Below are positions 9,023 through 17,950 of a DNA stretch of 64,000 nucleotides, in pieces; the stretch's first letter is position 1; each line of letters starts with the position of its first letter. Both the position numbers and the translations under genes were made by a program. The notes under the pieces were generated by a model. It made no database searches and was not told where the DNA came from. It was given only the letters and a program-made list of their open reading frames with translations. The stretch spans positions 248,001-312,000 of IMG/VR virus record IMGVR_UViG_3300042261_002385, one strand, 5' to 3'.

Positions 9023-10102
9023 CTAAACTGTTTCTTCTACAAGAACGGTGGTCAACATTCTATTAGAAACTAAATATGGATCACAATTGGAAGCTGGTCT
9101 TCTATCTTCAAAATAACCTCTACCATCAACTTGTGCTTGTGCTGGAATTCTAATAGAAGTATCTCGTGTGCTGTGACCATAGCTAAAATCATTAATTCCG
9201 GATGTTTCATGTGCACCGGTCAGTCTTTCTTCATTATGCAATCCATAGACTTCAATGTGTTGGATATGGTTGTTTTGTAATTTTTCCATAGATTTCATTA
9301 TTACATCAATACCACCAGATTGCCTCATATCTTTAGTTGAGAAATTTACGTGACAACCTGTGCCATTCCAATCACCTTTAATTGGCTTAGGATGTAAAGA
9401 TACATTCACATTGTGTCTTTCAGCGACTCTTCCTAAGATATATCTTGACATCCAAAGTTGGTCTGAACCATTTAGTGAAGTAACTGGACCAATTTGATAT
9501 TCCCATTGTCCCAATAATACTTCAGCATTTATACCTGAAATATCAAGTCCTATCTCAATACACTTATCCATGTGTTCTTCAACGATTTCACGTCCAATAA
9601 CTGTATCAGCTCCGATTCCACAATAATAGTCTCCTTGTGGACGAGGAACTATACCAGGTTCAAATCCTAGTGGTAAACCAATACCTTCACCAAAAGGTGT
9701 TAGTGGTTTGTGCGTAAGAGTATACTCTTGTTCCCAACCAAACCACGGAGAATCTGTCTTTGACAAACTATCAATTCCGAGTGATTTGACCGTCTCTTGT
9801 AGTTTTCTTCTGTTATTCGATTTGTGTGGTGTTCCATCTGGATTCAATACCTCACAAAGAACTAATTTATTAGGAATTCCTCTAAATGGATCATCACAAA
9901 CAAAGACAGGTTTCAGAAGACAATCTGTATTCTCGCCTTTACCTGCTTTAGCCTGTAAAGTTGAACTACCATCAAAAGACCACATTGAGTAATTTTCAAC
10001 ATTGTTATCTAATGAAGTCTCTTCAGAGACAATTTTTGTTTTACTTCTGAGTTGTTGGGGCTCAGACCCATCTAACCAAATATACTCTTGTTTAATTTTC
10101 AT
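9023..10102 (-). CDS. glnII: Glutamine synthetase type II
   Basis: EYIWLDG, LRSKT, WSFDGSST, EQEY, INAEV..GQWEYQ, HPKP..GDWNGTGCH, RLTGAHET and YFEDRRPASNCDPY. Confidence 0.95.
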   Translation of the reverse strand: MKIKQEYIWLDGSEPQQLRSKTKIVSEETSLDNNVENYSMWSFDGSSTLQAKAGKGENTDCLLKPVFVCDDPFRGIPNKLVLCEVLNPDGTPHKSNNRRKLQETVKSLGIDSLSKTDSPWFGWEQEYTLTHKPLTPFGEGIGLPLGFEPGIVPRPQGDYYCGIGADTVIGREIVEEHMDKCIEIGLDISGINAEVLLGQWEYQIGPVTSLNGSDQLWMSRYILGRVAERHNVNVSLHPKPIKGDWNGTGCHVNFSTKDMRQSGGIDVIMKSMEKLQNNHIQHIEVYGLHNEERLTGAHETSGINDFSYGHSTRDTSIRIPAQAQVDGRGYFEDRRPASNCDPYLVSNRMLTTVLVEETV

Positions 10103-10120
10103 AAAGTGTTTTTTTTATTT

Positions 10121-10160
10121 TATATATTTTTGAAACAAAGTTGAGTTTGTTCCATATATT
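10121..10160. promoter_or_regulatory. Overlapping divergent class II promoters
   Basis: Minus strand: CAAACT-N17-TATATA (10149-10121). Plus strand: GAAACA-N17-TATATT (10132-10160). Confidence 0.55.
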
Positions 10161-10176
10161 TGTAATAACAAAAATT

Positions 10177-10437
10177 ATGAACTTAGCACTAATACAACTT
10201 TGGGAAAACTTTGAAGACAACTCTCATCAATCTGATGGTTGTTCACTACATATTGATTTAACACATAGAGATAATTTCATTAAAAACGAAACTGATACTG
10301 AACTACCAGTTGGTCTTCCTTCAGAAGTTCACTTATCAGACTCACTCTGGAATATCCTACAGAATCAAGGTAGCATTAGATTATCCGAAATAGAAATGAA
10401 TAATTTAACTGGATTAACTGACATTACTTCATTATGA
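10177..10437 (+). CDS. Hypothetical protein
   Basis: The ATG at 10177 lies downstream of a promoter motif. No family recognised. Confidence 0.55.
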   Translation: MNLALIQLWENFEDNSHQSDGCSLHIDLTHRDNFIKNETDTELPVGLPSEVHLSDSLWNILQNQGSIRLSEIEMNNLTGLTDITSL

Positions 10438-10754
10438 TTCTAAAAATACTGTCGTTGTTTTTTTTACTAAACAATTTATACTACATCTTCAACTACAAAA
10501 GGTTAGACGAGCCTTTCAAAATGAGAGATGAGAATAAAAAATTAGATTTACTTCATTACATTCTTAAGGTTTTATATTTAGTATGGTTGTGTATACTAGT
10601 CTTTATACAACAATCTTTACTAATTTGGATACTAATCTCTATAATCACTTTAAGAATACCAATCTATTATACAAATAAACGGTCGTCAATTGTATATCAC
10701 AGATTAGTTCCAATACTAAACATTATTATTCTGATTCTTTATCTTTTTTCTTAA
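10434..10754 (+). CDS. Small polytopic membrane protein
   Basis: Three to four hydrophobic segments. ATGA overlap with the upstream gene. Confidence 0.55.
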   Translation: MILKILSLFFLLNNLYYIFNYKRLDEPFKMRDENKKLDLLHYILKVLYLVWLCILVFIQQSLLIWILISIITLRIPIYYTNKRSSIVYHRLVPILNIIILILYLFS

Positions 10755-11278
10755 AGATTGAATTTTTTTAGATGGTCTTCTGTTATGATTATAAACTCAT
10801 ATCCCTTTAAACTACACCAATTTATCATAGTTTCCCACTTTTGCTTATTCTTATAAGCCATTTTTAAATCATATTCAAAGTTTTTGAGTTTTTTTCCTTT
10901 ATTCTCAGGAACTGTTAGTCTTCCTTCATTCAAAGCCAGAACCATATTATACTCTTTCATAGGTTTGACTTCGACTACGACTTGTTTTAAAACACCAGAC
11001 TCTAATCTCATCTCATAATAGAAATCAGGATAGTAACAGTGCTCTTTAACTTTAGTATCACCTTTATCAAAGTGTGTCATTTGATAAGGTATTCTCATAC
11101 ACTCAGCTCCCCATCTAGATATCTTTTCGTTATGGTCTAACCAAGTCATTATTTTCTTTTCCCAAGAACTTCTAAAATAAACTCCGCCATTACTGTTCAG
11201 TTTTAGAACTTTATCTTTATTTTTCGGAATATAATTACCTTGATTATAATTGCTGTTATTTGGTTTAGAATTCAACAT
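10751..11278 (-). CDS. gp4: Head completion nuclease, gp4-like (TnsA-type PD-(D/E)xK)
   Basis: FRSSWE, W..E...IPY, YYPDF, VEVKP, NK.KW and FIIITEDHL motifs. Confidence 0.9.
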   Translation of the reverse strand: MLNSKPNNSNYNQGNYIPKNKDKVLKLNSNGGVYFRSSWEKKIMTWLDHNEKISRWGAECMRIPYQMTHFDKGDTKVKEHCYYPDFYYEMRLESGVLKQVVVEVKPMKEYNMVLALNEGRLTVPENKGKKLKNFEYDLKMAYKNKQKWETMINWCSLKGYEFIIITEDHLKKFNL

Positions 11279-11296
11279 AATACATAATATGATTTA

Positions 11297-11310
11297 TTTT
11301 ATATATAAAA
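11297..11310. promoter_or_regulatory. Palindromic bidirectional late-type promoter TTTTATATATAAAA
   Basis: Perfect 14-bp palindrome between the divergent starts at 11278 (-) and 11325 (+). Confidence 0.55.
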
Positions 11311-11324
11311 TAAATCAGAATCTT

Positions 11325-12041
11325 ATGGGGGAACTATACGAAAGACTTAAACTTAACAAACTTGTAAAAGCAAATGATATTCCAAACTATTTTAAACAAA
11401 ATTGTTTAGAATTTTATCAAAGATACTTCAAAACAGATGATTATGTAAAACTAACTCCTTTAAAAAATATAATTAAAGGTCAATTCTTTTTTTTTCACTA
11501 CTTAGATGATTCGAATTGGGTTAAATGGTCTCCTGTTTTCGTAGCAGATGTGAAACAATACGGAACTCAGACTATATTACTTTGTGTTAATTTTAATTTT
11601 TTACCACTTGAAGTAAGAGTTGCTATTTTTGACAAATATATTACAGAACAAGATTTTGAAAAGTGTGAAAGACTAAAAGGAAAACACTTCATCAAAGTTA
11701 AATTCGAACCAATGTATAATGAGTTAAAGAGGATGAGACTTGAATATTGTCTTATGGAATATAACGCTATTCAAATCGTCAAAGCTCATAGAATACATTT
11801 TTCACTTCTTCCACAATTCTTATATTCACAACATCCGAAAAATAAATATGATCCAAAAAAATTGATTCAAATTTGGAAAAAGAAGGCAGAAACGTCTGAA
11901 CAAAGAGACAACGAAATGTCACAGCTGACAATTGATGATTTGTATGATTTTAATAAAGATTTTACTCAAAAGTTTTCGGTCTTAGAAGGACATATAAAAA
12001 GAATTAGAGCAAGTATTGAAAAATACGGAGGTGGTCAATAA
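11325..12041 (+). CDS. gp2: DNA end-protector protein, gp2-like
   Basis: GQFFFFHY..WSPVFV..LCVNFNFLPLEVR resembles gp2 GRIYAFAY..FPLII..GLNLHYIPPKAR. It is adjacent to gp4. Confidence 0.6.
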   Translation: MGELYERLKLNKLVKANDIPNYFKQNCLEFYQRYFKTDDYVKLTPLKNIIKGQFFFFHYLDDSNWVKWSPVFVADVKQYGTQTILLCVNFNFLPLEVRVAIFDKYITEQDFEKCERLKGKHFIKVKFEPMYNELKRMRLEYCLMEYNAIQIVKAHRIHFSLLPQFLYSQHPKNKYDPKKLIQIWKKKAETSEQRDNEMSQLTIDDLYDFNKDFTQKFSVLEGHIKRIRASIEKYGGGQ

Positions 12042-12391
12042 AATAAGTTATCTAAATTTAAATCTCTATAGACTCTGCTAGTAATATCACCAAGATTTGA
12101 GTCTTGTAATTTATCTAAATTTTTAGAATTTGAATCAATTTCAAAGTCTTTCAAGTTATCTAAATTTTTGTTATACCACGAGTAGAAAAAGTCACAAGCA
12201 GTTTCAATAACTTCTTCATAAGAAACAGAGTCGGATAGGTGATAATTACAAAATAAAATCTTGATATCAAACGGAAATTGATTGTTAATACCATCATATT
12301 GTTGTATATCAAAATTTATCTCAAAGGATTTATTCCAGTTCAATATCGGATTAAAACCTAATTTTTCAATTCTATCTAAATGATCAATCAT
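12035..12391 (-). CDS. Hypothetical protein
   Basis: ORF in an operon. Ends RDLNLDNLFY. Confidence 0.55.
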   Translation of the reverse strand: MIDHLDRIEKLGFNPILNWNKSFEINFDIQQYDGINNQFPFDIKILFCNYHLSDSVSYEEVIETACDFFYSWYNKNLDNLKDFEIDSNSKNLDKLQDSNLGDITSRVYRDLNLDNLFY

Positions 12392-12639
12392 TTTTTAAAT
12401 ATTTTATTAAGCTTATACTCTCTTCTATCTTCTACTGTAGTTGGTTCAATGAGAAACTCACCATCACAAATTTTTATATTCCATTTGTTGCCAGTAATAC
12501 TATCACGTATAACAAGTTTCTCAACTACAACAGAACCATCAGACTCTACAACAAGTGAATTAGAACCAGCCGCAGATACTTTAAATAGATCGTCATCTAC
12601 AGAATAGATTACTGAATTATTTTTATATTTTGATGCCAT
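12388..12639 (-). CDS. Hypothetical protein
   Basis: ORF in an operon. Ends RREYKLNKIFKK. Confidence 0.55.
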   Translation of the reverse strand: MASKYKNNSVIYSVDDDLFKVSAAGSNSLVVESDGSVVVEKLVIRDSITGNKWNIKICDGEFLIEPTTVEDRREYKLNKIFKK

Positions 12640-13567
12640 TGTCAGGATTATAATTCATAATTAGTAATTCTACACCTTTAGCTTGTTCTGTTTTCAAATC
12701 AGAATTATTTCCACCTTGAGCAGAACTTCTAAAAACTTCTTTTTCAGTCCATACGTATTTATCTTTAGGTAATAACTCTTCTAAAAGTGGAAAATAATAG
12801 TATGAAAGTGACCAACGACACTTAGTCGTTTTAAGTAGCTCAAGTAATCTTCTGTGAGAAGCAGGTCCAAAAACTCCATCTTTATCAGCTCCATACCAGA
12901 ATAATCTCTTCGCATCATCTTCACCTTTAGCCTCATCAAATCGAGCATAAGGTGGGTCTAAATATAGATAAGTATCTTCAGAATCATATTTATTGATTAA
13001 TTCTTCAAAATCAATATTTAAAAATTCAGTTATAGATTGAAGCTTTTGAGTATATTTGTTTTTCTTTAGTTTGTCAATAAGAACCTCTAATTTTAAACGG
13101 TCTTTATCTTTTTTATAACCATTAAAACCAGCTCCTCTTGGATATACAGAATTATGAGCTGATGTAATGAGAAAAGCATAAATAGCAGCTTTTTCAAAAT
13201 CTCCAATTTCAAAATTCATATCGTCTAGAAAGTCATTCTTTTGGTAATCTTTATAAATTCCTTTATAAAAATCCCATTTTTTAAGAGGATCTGTATCAGT
13301 TGTGAACAGCAATGTATTTTTAAGATTTTCTAAGTAAGGCAAGAATTTTTCAGGTTCAGACGCACACTTATATAAGTTCACCTGGTGACGATTTTTGTCA
13401 TTGTAAATGACTGTATCAAATTTTAGTCGATCGTCATCCATATACGTTCCCATTGAACCAGAGAAGGGTTCTAAATATGTTTTGATTCCTGTTTTAGGAA
13501 TTTTAGTATTGATTAATTCTTGAAACACTGAAGAACTTTTTCCTCCAAAATAACTTATTACTGCCAT
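12623..13567 (-). CDS. dam: D12-class N6-adenine DNA methyltransferase
   Basis: SYFGGKS, YLEPFSGS, YND and the catalytic LDPPY. Confidence 0.92.
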   Translation of the reverse strand: MAVISYFGGKSSSVFQELINTKIPKTGIKTYLEPFSGSMGTYMDDDRLKFDTVIYNDKNRHQVNLYKCASEPEKFLPYLENLKNTLLFTTDTDPLKKWDFYKGIYKDYQKNDFLDDMNFEIGDFEKAAIYAFLITSAHNSVYPRGAGFNGYKKDKDRLKLEVLIDKLKKNKYTQKLQSITEFLNIDFEELINKYDSEDTYLYLDPPYARFDEAKGEDDAKRLFWYGADKDGVFGPASHRRLLELLKTTKCRWSLSYYYFPLLEELLPKDKYVWTEKEVFRSSAQGGNNSDLKTEQAKGVELLIMNYNPDNGIKI

Positions 13568-13573
13568 AGTATT

Positions 13574-14092
13574 TTATTTTAATTTATTTTTAATTTCTTC
13601 TTCTATAGAAGGTTTTACGTTTTGTTGAGAAAGTTCTGTTCTAATTCTCATTAGAATCTTACCTAAGTAATTTAATCCACCATTACCACACTTTGGACAA
13701 GAGCAAGAACCCCAGAAATTATCATGCCAATTATTACCTTCAATTAGTTGTAATTCGCCAGTTTCTAAGAGGTCTTGTGCCAGTTTTTGATTTTTAAACT
13801 TTTCTCTAATTCCCCACTCCATAAATCCAAGTTTTTTCTCTTCCCAATCACTTCTGACCTTAACGACTTTACCGACCTTTTTAGCATCTGACGGATCTTT
13901 GATTCTAGCGACTAATTCTCTAAAATCAGGCGCAGTATAATAAACACCATCGATAAACTGCATTCCAGTGACTTTTAGAGCAACGTAGTAGTGCTCAACA
14001 CTCGGATATGTAATACCTTTATGTTCTATTTCACAGGGATAAAAATTACTTAAGAAAACATATCGACCACGAAATGAATTGATATAACTCAT
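13574..14092 (-). CDS. NADAR (YbiA-like) hydrolase
   Basis: FLSNFY, YPSVEHYY, KF..LL.TG..LIE..D.FWG and N.LGKILM.IR motifs. Confidence 0.9.
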   Translation of the reverse strand: MSYINSFRGRYVFLSNFYPCEIEHKGITYPSVEHYYVALKVTGMQFIDGVYYTAPDFRELVARIKDPSDAKKVGKVVKVRSDWEEKKLGFMEWGIREKFKNQKLAQDLLETGELQLIEGNNWHDNFWGSCSCPKCGNGGLNYLGKILMRIRTELSQQNVKPSIEEEIKNKLK

Positions 14093-14096
14093 ACTA

Positions 14097-14124
14097 AATA
14101 TATCAAAGTATATTTAAAAGTTTA
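14097..14124 (-). promoter_or_regulatory. Class II promoter TAAACT-N16-TATATT, 4 nt upstream of the NADAR ATG
   Basis: Read directly from the sequence. Confidence 0.5.
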
Positions 14125-14319
14125 ATAAATCTTCCAATCAGTGATGTGATAAACTCCTCTTTCATCTTGATAAACTTTATTATCATTTTCAAAGAAATCT
14201 GTTTTCAAAACATCATCAACTGTCTTATCAGAAGTTTCTGTCTCAAAATCTAATTCTGGTTCTAATATTTCTTGTTCATATTTGAAATCTTCATATAGCT
14301 TTATCCATTTCATAGTCAA
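14122..14319 (-). CDS. Small acidic protein with the KWIKLYEDF N-terminal tag
   Basis: 65 aa, carries the shared N-terminal motif. Confidence 0.6.
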   Translation of the reverse strand: MTMKWIKLYEDFKYEQEILEPELDFETETSDKTVDDVLKTDFFENDNKVYQDERGVYHITDWKIY

Positions 14320-14321
14320 TA

Positions 14322-15068
14322 TTAATTTTTAAGTATAGGAATTACAACTTCTTCTACAAATTGTTTCATATCTTCAACCGATATTGTATCTAAAGTGTCT
14401 TTTGGAGTATGACAGTTAAATAATAGTTTGAAATCTAAGTAGGTATTATCATCCCATTTGACAATTGATTCTTCTTTATTCTGAGTAGGAGGTAGTGGAT
14501 TTATAACAACCGAGTCTATACCATTTCTTCTGAAAGTAACGGAGTCGTTAAATGGTGTTTTAACAATTGGACAATCAAAAATAGATTTGATATGATTAGT
14601 TAGATTTCCAGGATAATCACCTATGAAAAAGTATTTTCCTCCTTTACCAGTAAGTTCTAAATTTAATACCCATTCGATATTTCCGAAAAATCCATCATTT
14701 ATCAATTCAGAACATCTTTGAGACCCTAAACCACCAACTTCTTCACCATCTAATAAAACAACTGTAATCTCAGGCATCAATTTTTTTATCATAATAGCAT
14801 TAATAACAGACGCTGAGTTATCATTTGCATTATCTATATCAGGATTCACGATATCATGATGAGCAACTACCATTCTACTTGAGTTACCACGTAAGACTAT
14901 ATTAAAACAATTTGATTTACCAGATTGAAATGTGTCTAATTTCCATTCTATTCCAATAGAGTCAAGTAAATTAGTAATGTATTGAACTCTTGGAGTAGGT
15001 TCTAAACCATTTTTATAAACATTACCGATATTTCTAATGGAGCAGAACTCATATATCTTATCATACAT
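14322..15068 (-). CDS. M28-family zinc peptidase
   Basis: AHHD, ANDNSAS, DGEE.G..GS, NLE and CHT..DT motifs. The real start is the ATG at 15068, because the longer ORF call overlaps the tmRNA. Confidence 0.85.
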   Translation of the reverse strand: MYDKIYEFCSIRNIGNVYKNGLEPTPRVQYITNLLDSIGIEWKLDTFQSGKSNCFNIVLRGNSSRMVVAHHDIVNPDIDNANDNSASVINAIMIKKLMPEITVVLLDGEEVGGLGSQRCSELINDGFFGNIEWVLNLELTGKGGKYFFIGDYPGNLTNHIKSIFDCPIVKTPFNDSVTFRRNGIDSVVINPLPPTQNKEESIVKWDDNTYLDFKLLFNCHTPKDTLDTISVEDMKQFVEEVVIPILKN

Positions 15069-15079
15069 AGTGTATATAT

Positions 15080-15105
15080 AAAAAAACCCACTTAAAAAGT
15101 GGGTT
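15080..15105 (-). terminator. Intrinsic terminator after the tmRNA
   Basis: AACCCACT-TTTTA-AGTGGGTT followed by a T-run on the minus strand. Confidence 0.85.
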
Positions 15106-15113
15106 AATCTTTG

Positions 15114-15488
15114 TGGAGATGACGATGTACTGCCCATCGTGTCTTCCCTAGCTAACAATAATTATTCATTCACAGGCTTAGAAAGTTTCTCTAAACTTAC
15201 AAAGTAGTTAGTTGAACAACCCATCACTCTAACAATTCTGGTTTCACATTTTAAACTGTGTGATTCAGCTGGAGAATTTTTGCGATAAGCTTAAAAGATT
15301 AAACTACTGCTAGCTCTTCTACCTTAAGCATGTTGTTTTGTAGCGCCGCTACTAAATCTTCACGGGATGCTACTTCATTTGTTTTGCCATTTACGACTTT
15401 TGCCATCTAATTTATTAGTCGGTTACTTGACCATCCGACACCTGCATAATTACCACTACTCTATGAATCTATACTAAAAAACATCCCC
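15114..15488 (-). ncRNA. ssrA: tmRNA (one-piece, ~375 nt)
   Basis: GGGGAUG/CAUCUCC-A acceptor stem with G3.U70, T-arm ACGAUG-GGCAGUA-CAUCGU, P2 GCAGGU/GCCUGU with an AAGCCUGUGAA motif, and a tag frame UAAAU|GGC...UAA (15388-15299). CCA is not encoded. Confidence 0.9.
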
Positions 15489-15539
15489 ATAGTTTTATAA
15501 TTACAAATGTATATATAATATTTGAAAATATAAAAAAGT

Positions 15540-15806
15540 TTAGAAATTTTCAGAACCTTCTTCGAGTTCATACTCATCAGAATCTAAAGAATTTATAATA
15601 TTCTCAGCCTCTTCATAGGAATCATAATTAATCCAAAGAGAACCTTTACCAAATAATTCCTCAGCGTCAACCGCATCTTTATATGTTAAACCATCAGACA
15701 TCATTTTTGGTGTGAGAGCAAATATTCTAAAAGAATCACCAACTCTGTTTATAAAATATTTAACTTTATCGTTACTAAAATCTTCAAATAATTTAATGTA
15801 TTTCAT
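15540..15806 (-). CDS. Small protein with the MKYIKLFEDF N-terminal tag
   Basis: 88 aa, carries the shared N-terminal motif. Confidence 0.65.
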   Translation of the reverse strand: MKYIKLFEDFSNDKVKYFINRVGDSFRIFALTPKMMSDGLTYKDAVDAEELFGKGSLWINYDSYEEAENIINSLDSDEYELEEGSENF

Positions 15807-15820
15807 ATTAGTTCTTTTTT

Positions 15821-16402
15821 TTAGAAAGGCATGTTATCATCATCTAATCCTTCATCTAAAGTAAAACCAAAAGTAAGGATTCCTCTATTATCTTTTGACT
15901 GCCACATTTCAAATTCTGAATCATATTGAGCCAATATATCTCTTTTTAATTTGTTAGCGACTTCAAAAACTTTAATTACATTTCTAAGAGTTTCTTTTTT
16001 ACCCATGTAAACCTCTATTAAAATTTCATCATTTTTACGAGCGGTCACTCTTACATCTGAAACTCCAGCATTTCTAAACATCTGTCTTAAAAGATAAGTT
16101 AAATGTTCGATATCATCATCTTGTTCATCTTCATATATGTCATATTCATCGTCATCATCGTCATCATCAAATTTAGGATTTGAAGATTTTCTGCCATATT
16201 TGTTATTATCATCATCGTCATCATACCAATCATCAAAATCTCCATAATCTTTAGTAGAGTCATCAGCATAATCATAATCATCATCATCATCAGGCCATCT
16301 AGCTTCGTTTTTCTTATTAGCCGGTAAATTATCATTAAGATGACTTAAGTCATCTTTTCTAATATTTTCTTTAAGATAGTCTAAAAAATTATTTATGTTC
16401 AT
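15821..16402 (-). CDS. Acidic low-complexity protein with a small C-terminal alpha/beta domain
   Basis: Poly-Asp tracts in the N-terminal half. Confidence 0.6.
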   Translation of the reverse strand: MNINNFLDYLKENIRKDDLSHLNDNLPANKKNEARWPDDDDDYDYADDSTKDYGDFDDWYDDDDDNNKYGRKSSNPKFDDDDDDDEYDIYEDEQDDDIEHLTYLLRQMFRNAGVSDVRVTARKNDEILIEVYMGKKETLRNVIKVFEVANKLKRDILAQYDSEFEMWQSKDNRGILTFGFTLDEGLDDDNMPF

Positions 16403-17934
16403 TATCTCAATTCTATTTTTAAGTAAGTTTCACTAAAGAAACAATCATCCGCTATTTTATATTTTGCTAAGATTGTTTGAACTCTTATCAATGCATCATA
16501 TATTTCAGCCATATCAGACTCTTCTAAGTCTAAACTTACAAATATTCTATCGTCACTACCAACTACTTTAACATCTATACCAAAAACATTTTTCTTAACT
16601 TCATTAATTAGTTCTTTGTGTTTTGCAAACAACTCTTGATTGTATCCGACTTTTCTTTTGACTGGAAGATTATTCCAATCAACTTTTATAGAAGCTTCGG
16701 CTAATTTTTTCAAATAAGTTATATTCTGCATTTCAGTTCCTCTATGTTCATTATAATATCCAACAGATATGTTCGTGCACTCAGCTATATCTTCCATTAG
16801 AGATGCTGAATCAGTATAAACTCCAGTCGTATCTAAAGAAAGATTTAAACCATTTTTGTTATATTCATCACAAAGAGCTTGTGCAAAATCATTTGAACAA
16901 CATTGTCTACCTAATTGGTGAGTAATAACTGACGTGGTTCTTCTTCTATCAAAAGAAACACAATATTTAACATCTGTCAAATAGTCACATTTATCATATA
17001 CAGATGAAAGTGCATTTGAACCAATTCCTCCTCTTTCTTCTCCAATGAAGAAGTAGTAGATACCAGGAACATTGTTAGCCATCATATAAAGCATTACTGT
17101 AGTTCCAGCTTTATCATCGGCTCCAAGTATACTTGAACCATCTGTATAAATTATTTCATCACCTGAACCAGTCTTGATTAGTCTAAATGAATATCCCTCT
17201 TCCTCAACCCTTCCATTTGCTTGAAATAAACGAGTTGTTTTTTGTTCTCTGTCTGCAGTGTCTAAGTGACAAGTAAACATTACCTTTTGTTTATCATTAC
17301 CAATAATCTTATAATAATTACCGACTCTATCTTGTTTTAAATCAGGTAAGAATTTAAGCACTTCTTTTTCATGTCTACAATCAGAAAAATGTGGGTAAGT
17401 TTTAGTAGTAAGTGAAAGAAAAGTTGCTTTAACATCCTTCGGATTGTAACTAAATTCAGGAACAACTATTCTTTGAGCGGACGTGGTATCTTCTTCACCA
17501 ATATTATCAGCTACGATTGCGTTATATTGATGGATAAATGATTTAATCTCATCTTCTGTTAGTAGACCGGGCCAGTAATATCTAAAAAATTTACCAATCT
17601 TCATATCATACTTTTTATCAGCTATTTTCACTTCAAAACAGTATGGTTTTTTTGAAATAGTGACATCACTAATTCCCAATCCATTAAAATATTTAGAACC
17701 CTCTTCTCCTAACCAAAGCATTTCAAAGGCAAGATAGTTGTCATTATCTTCCATATTTTTTAATACTTTACAGAGGTCTTTTGATAATTTTATTTTGATA
17801 CCAGTATCTTTTGTAGATGACTTTGTGTCAAAAATTTCTTCTTTTGATTTATAACCACCACCTGTGTAATTACGTTCACCTGGGAAAGATTGAGTTCCAG
17901 CTTCAAATAGTTGATTATATTTAAATAATTCCAT
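16402..17934 (-). CDS. Zinc peptidase (M28/M20/M42 clan) with an unknown N-terminal domain
   Basis: CHLDT, LGADDKAG, GEERGGIGS, SFDRR, YTDS, NISVGYYNEH..E motifs. Confidence 0.85.
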   Translation of the reverse strand: MELFKYNQLFEAGTQSFPGERNYTGGGYKSKEEIFDTKSSTKDTGIKIKLSKDLCKVLKNMEDNDNYLAFEMLWLGEEGSKYFNGLGISDVTISKKPYCFEVKIADKKYDMKIGKFFRYYWPGLLTEDEIKSFIHQYNAIVADNIGEEDTTSAQRIVVPEFSYNPKDVKATFLSLTTKTYPHFSDCRHEKEVLKFLPDLKQDRVGNYYKIIGNDKQKVMFTCHLDTADREQKTTRLFQANGRVEEEGYSFRLIKTGSGDEIIYTDGSSILGADDKAGTTVMLYMMANNVPGIYYFFIGEERGGIGSNALSSVYDKCDYLTDVKYCVSFDRRRTTSVITHQLGRQCCSNDFAQALCDEYNKNGLNLSLDTTGVYTDSASLMEDIAECTNISVGYYNEHRGTEMQNITYLKKLAEASIKVDWNNLPVKRKVGYNQELFAKHKELINEVKKNVFGIDVKVVGSDDRIFVSLDLEESDMAEIYDALIRVQTILAKYKIADDCFFSETYLKIELR

Positions 17935-17950
17935 AGAGTATATATTAAAT

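Noticed and set aside
10434-10754. Holin call for the small membrane protein
   Set aside because: It has only hydrophobic segments, is not next to the candidate lysin or spanins, and sits behind a non-late promoter.
15069-15158. N-terminal extension of the M28 ORF given in the ORF track
   Set aside because: It overlaps the tmRNA 3' end and its terminator. The ATG at 15068 has the promoter motif.
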